Shown: positions 40,002 to 50,283 of the stretch, one piece after another
Layout of the letters: every line of letters begins with the position of its first letter
Numbering within the stretch: the stretch's first letter is position 1
Assembly (NCBI GenBank): GCA_965223005.1
Contig: CBDCVK010000005.1
Span: 211,025-275,024, forward strand
DNA from: Terriglobia bacterium
GTDB taxonomy: Bacteria; Acidobacteriota; Terriglobia; JAJPHL01; JAPKYU01
Reading direction: 5' to 3'
DNA: 64,000 nt
Program-made: the position numbers and the translations under genes
Notes under the pieces: model-generated
Told to the model about the DNA's origin: nothing
Seen by the model: the letters and a program-made list of their open reading frames with translations, nothing else
Databases searched by the model: none

Positions 40002-41330
40002 CTACCAACCCTTCCAGCTTCCATCGTCGTGCCGGTACTGGCGGTAGGGCATGTTTCTTTCATAAGGAAGCCTGGCGATGTGGTTTTCCCTGACATCCAC
40101 GCCCAAACCGGGCCGATCGTTGAGTTCGATGTGCCCATTTTTCAGTAGAAAATCATGATCTACGAACTCGCTAAAGCGGTCCAGCCGCCAAACCTCCTGG
40201 ATCAAGAAATTCCTGATCACTGCGTCCCCGTGTAGCAGCGCGGCGAAATGGATAGGTCCCCCCGCGTTGTGGGGAGCCATCAGCATCTGCGCCTCATCCG
40301 CCAGGCGGGATATGTGGAGGTAATTATTGAGGCCAAAGCTGTGACTCACATCAGGTTGGAGGAAGATACAGGCACGAGCGTCGATTACCTGTTTGAAATC
40401 CCGAAAACCAAAGAGTTTCTCCCCGGTGGCAATCGGCACCGGGCTTTTTGCCGAAATCGCTTTCAGTGCGTCGACATCGCCCACCTTGCATGGCTCTTCG
40501 AGAAACAGGGGACGGTAAGGCGCCACCATGTGCGCAAATGCGATACTCAGCGCTGGATTCGGGCTGCCGTGAGCGTCCACCATCAGTTCGACATCCGGAC
40601 CAACTTCCTTGCGCACCGCCGCCACCACCTTGGCGGAATGCTCTAAGGCGTGGTGGTCCATCGGCCAGGTTCGAGATTCCAGGGGATTGCCTTTCAAGCC
40701 CCTGGCGCCCGCCTCGACGGCAGCCCGAGCCTCAGCACGAGCGCGTTCCACCGACTCAAAATTGATGCCTCCGTTGTAAATCTTGATGCGGTCACGTTTC
40801 TTGCCTCCCAGGAGCTGGTACACCGGGGCTTTCCAAGCCTTGCCGGCGATATCATAGAGGGCCATGTTGATGGCCGCCAAGGCACTCCCCAGGACCGGTC
40901 CTCCTTTCCACGGAAGGCGGTCGGCGATGTCATCGCAGATCGCCACGACGTCCAAGGGGTTGCGGCCAACCAGCAATTCCTCCCATCCGCGCAGAGTCGT
41001 TTCAATGACAGGGGAAAGCCACTCCGTACTTCCCTCCCCCCAGCCGTAAAGCTCGGTGTTGGTTTCAATCTTGACAAACAGCCAGGTCTTGAAAGAGCTT
41101 GAAACCAACTGGCGATTACTAGGGTCCCGAACGGACTGACCGGTGTTCACGTTGAATTTGTAGGTCTTAATCTTGGTGATTTTTAGCGGTGCTGCTTTTT
41201 TCTGTCTCTCAGGTGTTTTCTGCTCTCGAGCCGCACCAAGGGTTGCTGAAGCACCCATCACGGCGCCCACGGCCGCGGCTGCCTCCATCAGAAAACTCCT
41301 CCGATTCGACGGCTGCGAGACTTTGGCCAT
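40002..41330 (-). CDS. Mandelate racemase/galactonate dehydratase-like enolase-superfamily enzyme with Tat-like signal
   Basis: AGGAGG RBS; NRRSFL plus Ala-rich h-region; GWGE, ALYDIAGK, VDAHG, FLEEP, ATGE, QPD, APHN. Confidence 0.9.
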   Translation of the reverse strand: MAKVSQPSNRRSFLMEAAAAVGAVMGASATLGAAREQKTPERQKKAAPLKITKIKTYKFNVNTGQSVRDPSNRQLVSSSFKTWLFVKIETNTELYGWGEGSTEWLSPVIETTLRGWEELLVGRNPLDVVAICDDIADRLPWKGGPVLGSALAAINMALYDIAGKAWKAPVYQLLGGKKRDRIKIYNGGINFESVERARAEARAAVEAGARGLKGNPLESRTWPMDHHALEHSAKVVAAVRKEVGPDVELMVDAHGSPNPALSIAFAHMVAPYRPLFLEEPCKVGDVDALKAISAKSPVPIATGEKLFGFRDFKQVIDARACIFLQPDVSHSFGLNNYLHISRLADEAQMLMAPHNAGGPIHFAALLHGDAVIRNFLIQEVWRLDRFSEFVDHDFLLKNGHIELNDRPGLGVDVRENHIARLPYERNMPYRQYRHDDGSWKGW

Positions 41331-41501
41331 CTCATCACCTCCTTTGTTAATTTAGGTTAGTTTAGGATCGTCCCCTCGGTCGATCTCTGGCAAGGACACT
41401 TGTAGCACAACGTCACATTCTGTGTCTCTCGTGGCTTGTGATGCAGCTCCGCGGCAGGCACTGGCTAGGTAGCGCCGAGGCTCTTAAGGCCCGCTTGTAG
41501 C

Positions 41502-43358
41502 TCACCAACCAAAGGCATACCCGGTTTCGTTCCGCGGCGAAGCGGCCGCGCGAAGAGTCCCGTTCTTGCGATCCATTTCGACGGCCAGGACACGACCGTT
41601 CTGCCAGTCCGAGCCGACAGTGACTTGATGCCCCCGACGCCTCAATTCCTCAACGACGCCTGGACTGATTCGACCTTCCACGTCCATGACTCCCAAGTTC
41701 GCCTGGTGCCCAGACCAGGAGCTGTAGAAATGAGCGGTGGCGAAGCCGGCCGCATCGATCGCTTCCTGCAGATTCATGCCAAAGTCGACATAGTTCAGGA
41801 AGAACTGGAGTGTCCACTGGTCCTGGTTGTCGCCGCCCAGTGTTCCGAAGGCCAATCGCGGCTGGCCGTCTTTCAGTACCAGCGTGGGAGTGAGAGTCGT
41901 GCGGGGGCGCTTTCCCGGCTGCAGGCAGCCAGGGTGCTCCGGGTCGAGCCAAAACATTTGCCCCCGTACACCCAGACAAAAACCCAGGCCCGGGATGATG
42001 GGAGACATATTGATCCACCCTCCGCTCGGCGTAGCTGCCACCATATTGCCCTCGCCGTCGAGCGCGTCCAGGTGCGTGGTGTCATCCAGAGCCGCCGGAA
42101 GGCCCTTGCGAATCTTGAAAACACTGCCCGGTCCCGCCCCTGGCCGAAGCTCCATGGAGGCTCGCCTCGGATCAACCAGCTTGCGCCTCTGGGCGGCGTA
42201 GGCTTCCGAAAGCAGGCGATCCAAGGGGACGTCCACAAATCTTGGATCCCCATAGTAAGCGTCCCGATCAGCGAAGGCGAGCTTGGCGCTTTCGATGACG
42301 GTGTGGATATAGTCCGCCGAATTGTGGCCCATTCTTTCGAGGTCGTAACCCTCGAGGATTTTCAGATGCTGCAAGAACACCGGACCCTGGGTCCAGGGAC
42401 CGCACTTGTAGACCTGATAGCCTCGGTAGGTTGCTGTGACTGGCTGCTCGATGAGGGTCGCGTAGCGGGCCAGGTCATCGTACTCCAGCAGCGCGTGGTG
42501 CTCCTGGCCCGTGGAGTCCTTCACGCGCGTGCTCTTAGCGAAGTCCACGATCTGCCGCGCGATATCCCCCTTGTAGAAGAGGTCCCAAGCCGCCTGGATC
42601 CCCTGCTCCCGGGATCCGCCCGACCCGGAAGCCTGGACAAGTCGCTTGAAGGTATGGGCCCAGTCCGGCATCTGGATCAATTCGCCGATCTCGGGCAGAT
42701 GATCCTGCGGGCGAAAAGCCGGGCCCGTCGTGGGATAAATGTTCAGCGCGCTTTGAATTGTTCCGATCGCTCCTGCATGCGCTGGGTAACCCTGTTCGGC
42801 TAGCTCGATGGCCGGACTCAATACCTCCTTCAACGGCAACCGCCCGAAGCGTTCCAACAGCGTCAGCCAGGCACCGGTAGCCGCGGGCACAGTGGCCGGC
42901 AAAAAACCCACTCCGGGGATCGTGTCCACGCCGTGTTCTTTGAACCAAGCCAGGGTGGCTTTCCCGGGAGCCGGCCCCTGGCCGCTGACAGACCAGACCT
43001 TCTTATCTTTCTTATCCTTGGCCGAGTAGACCAGGATGGAGACTTCTCCGCCGATGCCGTAGTAGTGCGGCTCAAGCACAGCGCAGGCGAATCCCATGGC
43101 CACGGCCGCGTCAAACGCGTTGCCTCCCTTTTCCAGCATGCGAAAGCCGGCGGCGGTTGCCAGGTAATGCCCGGACGTCACCACACCTTTGCGCCCCAGG
43201 ATGACCGGGCGTGTTGTGAATGAGGGCCATTTTCGCTCCGGCCGCCTGAACTCCGAGGCTCCCTGCGTGGAGCCCGCTCCCGAACCGGTACGGCGAACCG
43301 GCGAAAATCCGGCACTACCCAGAGCGAGTTCTCCAAGAAACAATCGACGCGTGCTCAT
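41502..43358 (-). CDS. Gamma-glutamyltransferase family Ntn-hydrolase
   Basis: GGNAFDAAVA, TVP, KLAFADRD, DTTH cleavage site, KRPRTTL, GGDNQ; N-terminal TRRLFL. Confidence 0.9.
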   Translation of the reverse strand: MSTRRLFLGELALGSAGFSPVRRTGSGAGSTQGASEFRRPERKWPSFTTRPVILGRKGVVTSGHYLATAAGFRMLEKGGNAFDAAVAMGFACAVLEPHYYGIGGEVSILVYSAKDKKDKKVWSVSGQGPAPGKATLAWFKEHGVDTIPGVGFLPATVPAATGAWLTLLERFGRLPLKEVLSPAIELAEQGYPAHAGAIGTIQSALNIYPTTGPAFRPQDHLPEIGELIQMPDWAHTFKRLVQASGSGGSREQGIQAAWDLFYKGDIARQIVDFAKSTRVKDSTGQEHHALLEYDDLARYATLIEQPVTATYRGYQVYKCGPWTQGPVFLQHLKILEGYDLERMGHNSADYIHTVIESAKLAFADRDAYYGDPRFVDVPLDRLLSEAYAAQRRKLVDPRRASMELRPGAGPGSVFKIRKGLPAALDDTTHLDALDGEGNMVAATPSGGWINMSPIIPGLGFCLGVRGQMFWLDPEHPGCLQPGKRPRTTLTPTLVLKDGQPRLAFGTLGGDNQDQWTLQFFLNYVDFGMNLQEAIDAAGFATAHFYSSWSGHQANLGVMDVEGRISPGVVEELRRRGHQVTVGSDWQNGRVLAVEMDRKNGTLRAAASPRNETGYAFGW

Positions 43359-43644
43359 GGCCTCATCCTATCACTCCCCTATGCAGCAGTCGTCCCATGT
43401 GAGGCACCGGCCTCCGGGACAGTCGTGATCGTTAGCGGCGGGGGCGTCAGAGATGGCTATTCGGGAGGAGGTTCAAGACCCGATTCTGTGGCAGCGGCTC
43501 GAATATCCCGCCACGTCGGTTCTGGGATCGGAATTCCCTGCTCGCTGCGTTGTGCTTTGGTGATTCGCTCCGGCTCACCGGAGTAGGCATTGCAAGAAGA
43601 CTACTTGTCCTTCCACAAGGCGCTAAGGGCCTTGGAAGAGGGAC

Positions 43645-45276
43645 CTACCAGAAGCGCGGAACTCTTTCCTCCTTGCTGGTGATCACTTCGAGGAGGACTG
43701 GCCGCCCGGTCGCAAGCTCTCGCTGCGCCCTATGGATCGCGGGAATGATCTCCTGCGGCTGCTCGACCCGCTCACTCGCAGCCCCTAATGCCGCAGCCAA
43801 CTTCACATGATCTATCCCCAGCTGTGTCATGCCCTGGCTCTTCGCTGCCGCTCCAAGAAAGTGCTCAACGCCACACATCCCGGAATTGTTCAGAACGACT
43901 GTCAAGATTGGGATTTGATGGCGGGCTGCCGTCTCCACCTCCAGCCCTAACATGCCAAAGGAAGCATCGCCGATGAAATGCACCACCATCTTGTCAGGGG
44001 CGGCGACCTTTGCTCCCAGCGCTAGGCCTATGGACTGCCCCATTTGCGTGGAGTTCCCCCAGCCCAGGTAACCTCGCGGCACGACCGACTCGTAGAAGGG
44101 TATCACCTGGTCGCGGACATATCCGGAGTCATGGGTCACGATCGTCTTGGTGCGATCTACGGTGTGCATCAGGTCCCAGATCACCCGATAGGGGTTGATT
44201 GGGACTTCGTCGGAGGTCAGCAGGGGCATCCACTGCTGCAGCCAGGCTTGCTTGACGGCTGCGATTTCCTTCACTGCGGCGGCTCCATCCCGGCCCTTTG
44301 CACCTGCTTGCCGGCGCAGCTCCTCGGTGAGTTGGGCAAGCACCAGCTTCGCGTCGCCGAGGATACCCAGGTCCACCATCATGTCCGCGTTCAGGTCGCG
44401 GTCGTCGTTGGTGACCTGGATCACCGTCTTGCCCGGCGGAATGGGCACCACCATCCACTCCCTGCTGAAGCTACTGCCAACGCCCAAGACCAGATCCGCT
44501 TCGCGCACAAAGTGCTCCACCGGCTTGGTGGCGGTTAGGGCTCCCGCCCCAATGGCCAAAGGATGGTCCTCGGGGAAGGCGCTCTTCCCCAGCAGGGTGG
44601 TCATGATCGGGGCCCCGGCCAATTCCGCAAACTCCAGCAACTCCTGGGTGGCCTCGGCATAAAGCACTCCCTGCCCCACGTGAATCACAGGACGCTGGGC
44701 CTTGAGAAAAGCTTGGACCGCAGCCTCGACCGCCTCCGGGTCCCCGGCCGATCGCACTCGCTGAGGACTCTTATAGGAGTCTGCTTCCACTTCGCCATCG
44801 GCGACATCGATGGGAACTTCTAGCAGAACGGGACCCGGGCGGCCGTTGCGCAGATAGCTGAACGCGCGCCGCATCATGTCAGGCACGCGCTCGGGCAGAT
44901 TGATCTGCTCGGCCCACTTGGTGATCGGCCGATAACTGGGCACAGCCTGAAAATTCCGGGTCGAACCCAGGCGGGCTCGCCCAAGATGAGCTGGCAGGAA
45001 CAGGATCGGGACCGCATCGGCGTACGCCTGAGCTATCCCGGCAAACGAATTTTCTATGCCCGGTCCGTACTGCACAGTACAGACGCCAATCCGCCGCCCG
45101 TTCCAGACCCGGCTGTAACCATCCGCCATGGCGAGGGCTGCCCGTTCGGTGCGCGCCATGATCGGCCGGATCCCCACTCGCGCGGCCGCATCGATCAAGG
45201 GGTTGGACGGGTAGCAGAACAGGTACTCCACGCCTTCTTGTCGCAGAATCGTGGCAATGCAATCAATCGTTTTCAC
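43645..45276 (-). CDS. ThDP-dependent enzyme (acetolactate-synthase-like)
   Basis: ERAALAMADGY, GPG, GRPGPV, GDASF...NNSG ThDP motif. Confidence 0.9.
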   Translation of the reverse strand: MKTIDCIATILRQEGVEYLFCYPSNPLIDAAARVGIRPIMARTERAALAMADGYSRVWNGRRIGVCTVQYGPGIENSFAGIAQAYADAVPILFLPAHLGRARLGSTRNFQAVPSYRPITKWAEQINLPERVPDMMRRAFSYLRNGRPGPVLLEVPIDVADGEVEADSYKSPQRVRSAGDPEAVEAAVQAFLKAQRPVIHVGQGVLYAEATQELLEFAELAGAPIMTTLLGKSAFPEDHPLAIGAGALTATKPVEHFVREADLVLGVGSSFSREWMVVPIPPGKTVIQVTNDDRDLNADMMVDLGILGDAKLVLAQLTEELRRQAGAKGRDGAAAVKEIAAVKQAWLQQWMPLLTSDEVPINPYRVIWDLMHTVDRTKTIVTHDSGYVRDQVIPFYESVVPRGYLGWGNSTQMGQSIGLALGAKVAAPDKMVVHFIGDASFGMLGLEVETAARHQIPILTVVLNNSGMCGVEHFLGAAAKSQGMTQLGIDHVKLAAALGAASERVEQPQEIIPAIHRAQRELATGRPVLLEVITSKEERVPRFW

Positions 45277-45530
45277 TTCCGCTTCCCTCCAAGCGAATTC
45301 ATTGTCTTCCTGGCCTATCGACTCCTGGCTTATCGACTGGTTGGCGCTGCCCTTACAAAGACTCTACGAGCAGCCGCCGCTCATTTGTCACGACAAGGCC
45401 ACCTTCCCCGTGCAACAGGGAGGCGGACTTGCCAGTCGCCCGTCGCGACTGGCATCGCCTCCTCCGTCACTCAATTGCAGCTTCGGAGTCTACAGATTAC
45501 AAGGCGGGAGTCGAATGTGCAGTCATTCCC

Positions 45531-46373
45531 TTACCGCCGTGCCCGAAACACATCCAACATTGGCACCGGTCCTCCGCTGGTGACCACGCCGGGCATCACT
45601 CCATTCCATTTCTCCACAGCGGTTCGCTGAACCTCGATTTGCCGCAACTCCAGCAACTGCGCCGTTATCTGTTGTTTTTGGAGCCTCAGTCCCTCGGCTT
45701 CAGCCTTGGCCCTGGTGATCTCCTGTTGCGCTTCAAACTCCACCCGCTTCAGGGCGTTCTCCGCCTCGAGGGCTTGTTGGACCGCTCTCACCTTCGCCTC
45801 GATGGAATCCTGGAAGGCTGGCGAGAATTGAAAGTCAGTGATGGAGAGTTGCACAACGTCGATCCCAAGTGGCTTTAACCTTACTGCCATCAAGTCTTGA
45901 AGTTCATCTTTCACCTTCGGCCTCTGTGTGATCAACTCCTCGGCGTCGTAGTTGGCCGTGGTGGATTTGACCGCTTCCTGGATATACGGCTGGATGATGC
46001 GGCCCTCATACTCCTGTCGCAGGTCGGTATAGATTTCCGTCACACTGCTAGCATTCAACTGGTAGTTTAAGGTGACTTCCGTACTGACCACTTGCAAGTC
46101 CTTGCTGGAAGAGGTGGCAGGAGCGGTGTATTTCTGAATCTGGGTTGACATCAGAACTACCTGCTCCACGAAAGGAATCTTGTAATAGAGACCTTGTTCT
46201 TTGATTGCCCCGGTCGGGGCGTTAAAACGCAGTAAGACGCCTCGTTGTCCTGCGCCGACCGTCCCCAGGGCTCCCCCTAACACAGCGACAACGGCAATTA
46301 CGACCACCGCAGCAATTATCGCTGTCCGCGGCACTTGCGGCAGTCCAAGTTCCTCACCAGGGTATTTCGGCAT
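45531..46373 (-). CDS. SPFH/prohibitin family membrane protein
   Basis: AGGAGG RBS; N-terminal TM, SKDLQ, AEELITQR, coiled coil, KWNG. Confidence 0.9.
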   Translation of the reverse strand: MPKYPGEELGLPQVPRTAIIAAVVVIAVVAVLGGALGTVGAGQRGVLLRFNAPTGAIKEQGLYYKIPFVEQVVLMSTQIQKYTAPATSSSKDLQVVSTEVTLNYQLNASSVTEIYTDLRQEYEGRIIQPYIQEAVKSTTANYDAEELITQRPKVKDELQDLMAVRLKPLGIDVVQLSITDFQFSPAFQDSIEAKVRAVQQALEAENALKRVEFEAQQEITRAKAEAEGLRLQKQQITAQLLELRQIEVQRTAVEKWNGVMPGVVTSGGPVPMLDVFRARR

Positions 46374-46657
46374 CGCTACCTCCTTTGGTAGTCCACTGGT
46401 TACGTATGCGGAATTTCCGATTTTGACTTTAGGCTTCCACCAGACTGTACGTCAGTCCCCTTGTTGGGTCAAGCTCAGATGGCGAATCGTGGGCTGGGCG
46501 CATCGTGACACCAGCAACACAACTGGCTGCCGACGCGGACAGGCAATTTGCGCGCACACCCCGGGAAAGGGTTTTTCACCTCTGGCCCTTGGGCAGTGAT
46601 GGTGGGTGCTTCGACTTCGTAGCGAAGTTGCGCCTATAATGGCCGCTGACACGTTCG

Positions 46658-49252
46658 ATGCGCAGCTTCTTCTCCTTGCCGCGACCGCTGCTGATGGGGT
46701 TAGCGATCTCTTTCGCTGCCGCCACCACCCTCTACAGCGCCATCTGGATGCACTACATACGCTGGAAGCCCAAGGCCCAAATCGGCATCGAGACCCGCTA
46801 CTCGATGCTTACGCGCGCGCTGAACATTACCCACGTGCCGGAAGGCAGCGCTGCGGAGCAGGCGGGCTTGCGGCCTGAGGACCGGATTGTGGCGATCAAC
46901 GGTCGTCGGCTCGACACCGTGAATCCCTACTTCGACGCGGTGTATCAGGGCCAGCCCGGCGATGTGGTTGAGGTGACGGTGGAGCGACCGGGTACGGCGG
47001 CGCCGATAGTTCTGCAGACGGTATTGCAACGCTGGCCGGCACAAGCGAAGGAGCTGACGCCGACGCAGACCGTGGCGCTCGAGATTCTTAATTCCTACCC
47101 CTTGTTGTTCTTGGCGGTGGGCTTGCCGGTGTTGTTCCTGCGCCTGGAAGACCGCAACGCCTGGCTCTTGGCCCTACTGTTTGGCGCTTTCATTGCGCTC
47201 GCGCCGCTCCTCGCGGTGGAAGGGGCAATCCATCCAACACTGCGGGGGTTTGCGCTGGCTTACAAGGTGACGTTCCATGGATTGTCAGCGGCGATTTTCT
47301 ACTACTTCTTTGCCGTGTTTCCCGTCGCCTCCCCCATAGACCGCCGCCTGCCGTGGTTGAAGTCGGTACTGCTGGTAGCCGCAGTTATAGTGGCGGTGCC
47401 CTTGGGACTGTGGGCGCTGCTCGCCGGCAGCTCCATACCTTTACAGGTGTTTGCCGGCCGGGTGGGCGAAAAAACAATTCTTCCGCTGCTGCTAGGCTAT
47501 TTCTTTGGCGTATACGGGCTGGGCCTGGTGTCGCTGGTGTGGAACAGCGTTCGCGCTCCCACAGCGGAGGCTCGCCGAAAAACCAGAGTGATTGTCTGGG
47601 GAACAGTAGTCGGCGTCACGCCCGGCCTGGTACTGGCAGCGGCGGCACATTACGCCAAGAAAAACCCCTACGCGTTTCCTTTTTGGGTTTGGGCCCCGAC
47701 AGTCCTGGTCTGTTTCCTGCTGCCGCTGTCGTTCGCCTACGCGGTGGTGAAGCATCGGGTGCTCGAAATCCCGGTGCTCCTAAAACGGAGCGCCCGCTAC
47801 CTGCTGGTGCAACGCGGGTTCGTGCTTCTGGAGTTCCTGCTGGGGTTGAGCGTGACGCTGGCTTTCGTGGCCTTCTTTTCCCATCTCCCCCAAGAGAACA
47901 TGGAAACCGCCGTACCTGCTGCGGTACTGGTCGGCGTGGGGTTCGGCATTTTGTTGGTCTCGGTCCGCAGCGAGGTCGAACGACGCATCACAAAGCGTAT
48001 CGACCGGGCCTTCTTCCGCAGCGCCTACGACACTAGCCGGATACTCGAGGACCTTGCAGTGAAAACACGGGCGGCCAGCAGCCGGCAAGAGCTGGCGGCA
48101 CTGCTGGAACGCCAACTCAATCAGGCCCTCCATCCGACCTCCCTGGTTGTGTACATGCTGACCAGCGAAGGCCACCTGGGCGCTACCTCTGGCACTGTCC
48201 CGGCGGAACTCCGCTCCATTTCGGCCGCGTTGCCGCCTCTGCCCGAAGTCGCCCGCCTCGGCCAACCTTGGAACGTGCCTCCGCCGGAATCAGGGAAGCC
48301 TTCCAGCTTGGGAGTGCTGGCCTCACTTCAGCCGGACTGCCTGGTACCCATGCTGGGACGTGACGGCCAGCTGCTGGGCCTCTTGGCACTGGGAGAGCGG
48401 CTTTCCGAGGAACCCTACGCGGGAGAGGACAGGCGATTGCTGGCTTCGGCAGCCGGCCACGCTGGCTCCGCCCTGGAGAGCATCCTCTTTGCCGAGGAGA
48501 TAGCCCAGCGAATGGAAGCCGAGCGGCGCAGGGGCTACGAGATGGAAATTGCCACCCGGGTCCAGGCCGGCCTGTTCCCGCAGCATGTACCCGCGCTGAA
48601 GACGCTGGATTATGACGGGCGCTGCATTCAGGCGCGCGCGGTAGGCGGCGATTACTACGACTTCGTCGAGCTGGGGCCAGGCCGGGTGGGGCTGGTGCTG
48701 GCAGATATCGTCGGAAAGGGCATGGGCGCCGCCTTGCTGATGGCCAACTTGCAGGCCAACCTGCGCAACCAGTACGCGGTGGCGATGGACGACCTGCCTC
48801 GGATGCTCCGATCCGTGAACCGGCTGTTCCACTCCGCGTCTCCGGAGAGCAGCTTCGCTACTTTGTTCTTCGGAATTTACGAAGATGCCACGCGCCGGTT
48901 GTGTTACGCCAACTGCGGTCACAACCCGCCGCTGCTGCTGCGTGCCGACGGCCGGGTGGAGTGGCTGGCGGCCACCAGCACTGTGTTGGGACTCTTCCTC
49001 AAGTGGGAGCCCACGACCATTGAAGTGGAATTGGCTCCGAACGACATTCTGGTGGTTTTTTCCGACGGGCTGCCGGACGCCGAAACCGACGCCGGTGAGT
49101 CATTCGGGGAGGCACGCCTGCTGGAGATCGTACAACGCCAGCGCCACCTGCCGTCTTCGGCGCTGCTGGAGACCATCGCCACAACCGTCGAGCACTTCAC
49201 TGGCCGCGAGCGGGAGGACGACCTGACGCTGCTGGTCGCCCGCGTCCGCTAG
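46658..49252 (+). CDS. PDZ / multi-TM / GAF-like / SpoIIE (PP2C) phosphatase
   Basis: SAAEQAGLRPEDRIVAING (PDZ), many TM helices, VGGDYYDF, ADIVGKG, NCGH, FSDG, DDLT. Confidence 0.88.
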   Translation: MRSFFSLPRPLLMGLAISFAAATTLYSAIWMHYIRWKPKAQIGIETRYSMLTRALNITHVPEGSAAEQAGLRPEDRIVAINGRRLDTVNPYFDAVYQGQPGDVVEVTVERPGTAAPIVLQTVLQRWPAQAKELTPTQTVALEILNSYPLLFLAVGLPVLFLRLEDRNAWLLALLFGAFIALAPLLAVEGAIHPTLRGFALAYKVTFHGLSAAIFYYFFAVFPVASPIDRRLPWLKSVLLVAAVIVAVPLGLWALLAGSSIPLQVFAGRVGEKTILPLLLGYFFGVYGLGLVSLVWNSVRAPTAEARRKTRVIVWGTVVGVTPGLVLAAAAHYAKKNPYAFPFWVWAPTVLVCFLLPLSFAYAVVKHRVLEIPVLLKRSARYLLVQRGFVLLEFLLGLSVTLAFVAFFSHLPQENMETAVPAAVLVGVGFGILLVSVRSEVERRITKRIDRAFFRSAYDTSRILEDLAVKTRAASSRQELAALLERQLNQALHPTSLVVYMLTSEGHLGATSGTVPAELRSISAALPPLPEVARLGQPWNVPPPESGKPSSLGVLASLQPDCLVPMLGRDGQLLGLLALGERLSEEPYAGEDRRLLASAAGHAGSALESILFAEEIAQRMEAERRRGYEMEIATRVQAGLFPQHVPALKTLDYDGRCIQARAVGGDYYDFVELGPGRVGLVLADIVGKGMGAALLMANLQANLRNQYAVAMDDLPRMLRSVNRLFHSASPESSFATLFFGIYEDATRRLCYANCGHNPPLLLRADGRVEWLAATSTVLGLFLKWEPTTIEVELAPNDILVVFSDGLPDAETDAGESFGEARLLEIVQRQRHLPSSALLETIATTVEHFTGREREDDLTLLVARVR

Positions 49253-49329
49253 GAGCCGAGCTTTCAACCCAACTCTGAGACTTGAGGGCCAAGAGGCGAG
49301 CCTCGGGGAACAGACAAGTCGGTGGTTTC

Positions 49330-50184
49330 TCAGCGGCGGTCGGGGTTAACTACGATTTGGCGCTCATAGCGCAAATCCACCGAGTGGATTCTCTTGAATT
49401 GCAGGCGCCACTGGCGGATGTGAGCTAGGTAGCTGCGGTAGCGGGCGAGGAAATTGGTGTTGCCCATATGCAGCAGGACGGCGTCGGAGCCGTCTCGGTC
49501 GGCGACGGTGACCCGCGCGTCCTCCGGGTCACCTAGATCCACTTCAGAAATGTCCAGGCTGTGGCGGCCGCCGTCGCGGTCGAGGTCTTCGATCAGAGTC
49601 AGATAGAGGCCCATGCGCTCGCGGCGAACCTCCAGGGAGTCCTGTTCGGAGAAGCCGGTCAGGACAGGAAACGTATAGTTGGCGCGCTCTGGTCGCTCCA
49701 AGATGACTCCAGCAGCGTCCACCATTGCCAGCCCGCTCGCTGTGCGCAGAAAGGCGACCGGGGCCCGCTCCCGAACCCCCACGCGAAGACGGTTGGGCCA
49801 ATCGCGAGCTACCGCCGCCGATTCCACCCAGGAGATTTCCTCCAGCATGGTCCGCCGGCGGGCCAGTGGCACCAGGAAGATGCTACGCCCCACGTCGCCG
49901 GCAAACTTTTCGGCCACCTGCCGGCGGGTAGCGTGATTTAACCCTTTTACCTGGAGCCGGTCTTCGGAAAGTAGGAAGCGCGGATCCTGCAGGCCGAAGG
50001 TCAGCGAACGATAAGACACGAAGGAAAGAGCTGCGAGCACCGCTCCAACAAACACAAGCTTCTTCAGCAGCGCGGCTGCGCGGCGACTCAGTATGCCGCG
50101 CCGCACCTCGATCCGCTTCTGTCGGCGCAGGTAAGAAGGCTCTTCGAGTTCCAACAGGCTGTTGTCCCGATCCTCAGTATGCAT
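49330..50184 (-). CDS. ftsQ: Cell division protein FtsQ/DivIB
   Basis: Single TM, POTRA region WVESAAV..WPNRL..RERAP, C-terminal DLRY; follows murC. Confidence 0.88.
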   Translation of the reverse strand: MHTEDRDNSLLELEEPSYLRRQKRIEVRRGILSRRAAALLKKLVFVGAVLAALSFVSYRSLTFGLQDPRFLLSEDRLQVKGLNHATRRQVAEKFAGDVGRSIFLVPLARRRTMLEEISWVESAAVARDWPNRLRVGVRERAPVAFLRTASGLAMVDAAGVILERPERANYTFPVLTGFSEQDSLEVRRERMGLYLTLIEDLDRDGGRHSLDISEVDLGDPEDARVTVADRDGSDAVLLHMGNTNFLARYRSYLAHIRQWRLQFKRIHSVDLRYERQIVVNPDRR

Positions 50185-50283
50185 GTTAGGAGCAGTCCCC
50201 CGTCAAAGTTCAAAGCCCATCTAAGCCGTGACCTCCAGCTCCGGGCCCAAGCCCTCAGGTATCCCACCGGGCAAGCAGTGCAC

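Noticed and set aside
45310-45340. Two-copy direct repeat ctggc(c/t)tatcgact
   Set aside because: Only two adjacent copies without spacers; not CRISPR-like and no function can be inferred.
50185-50283. Absence of murB and ddl between murC and ftsQ
   Set aside because: These genes are often located outside the dcw cluster, so this alone is not unusual.
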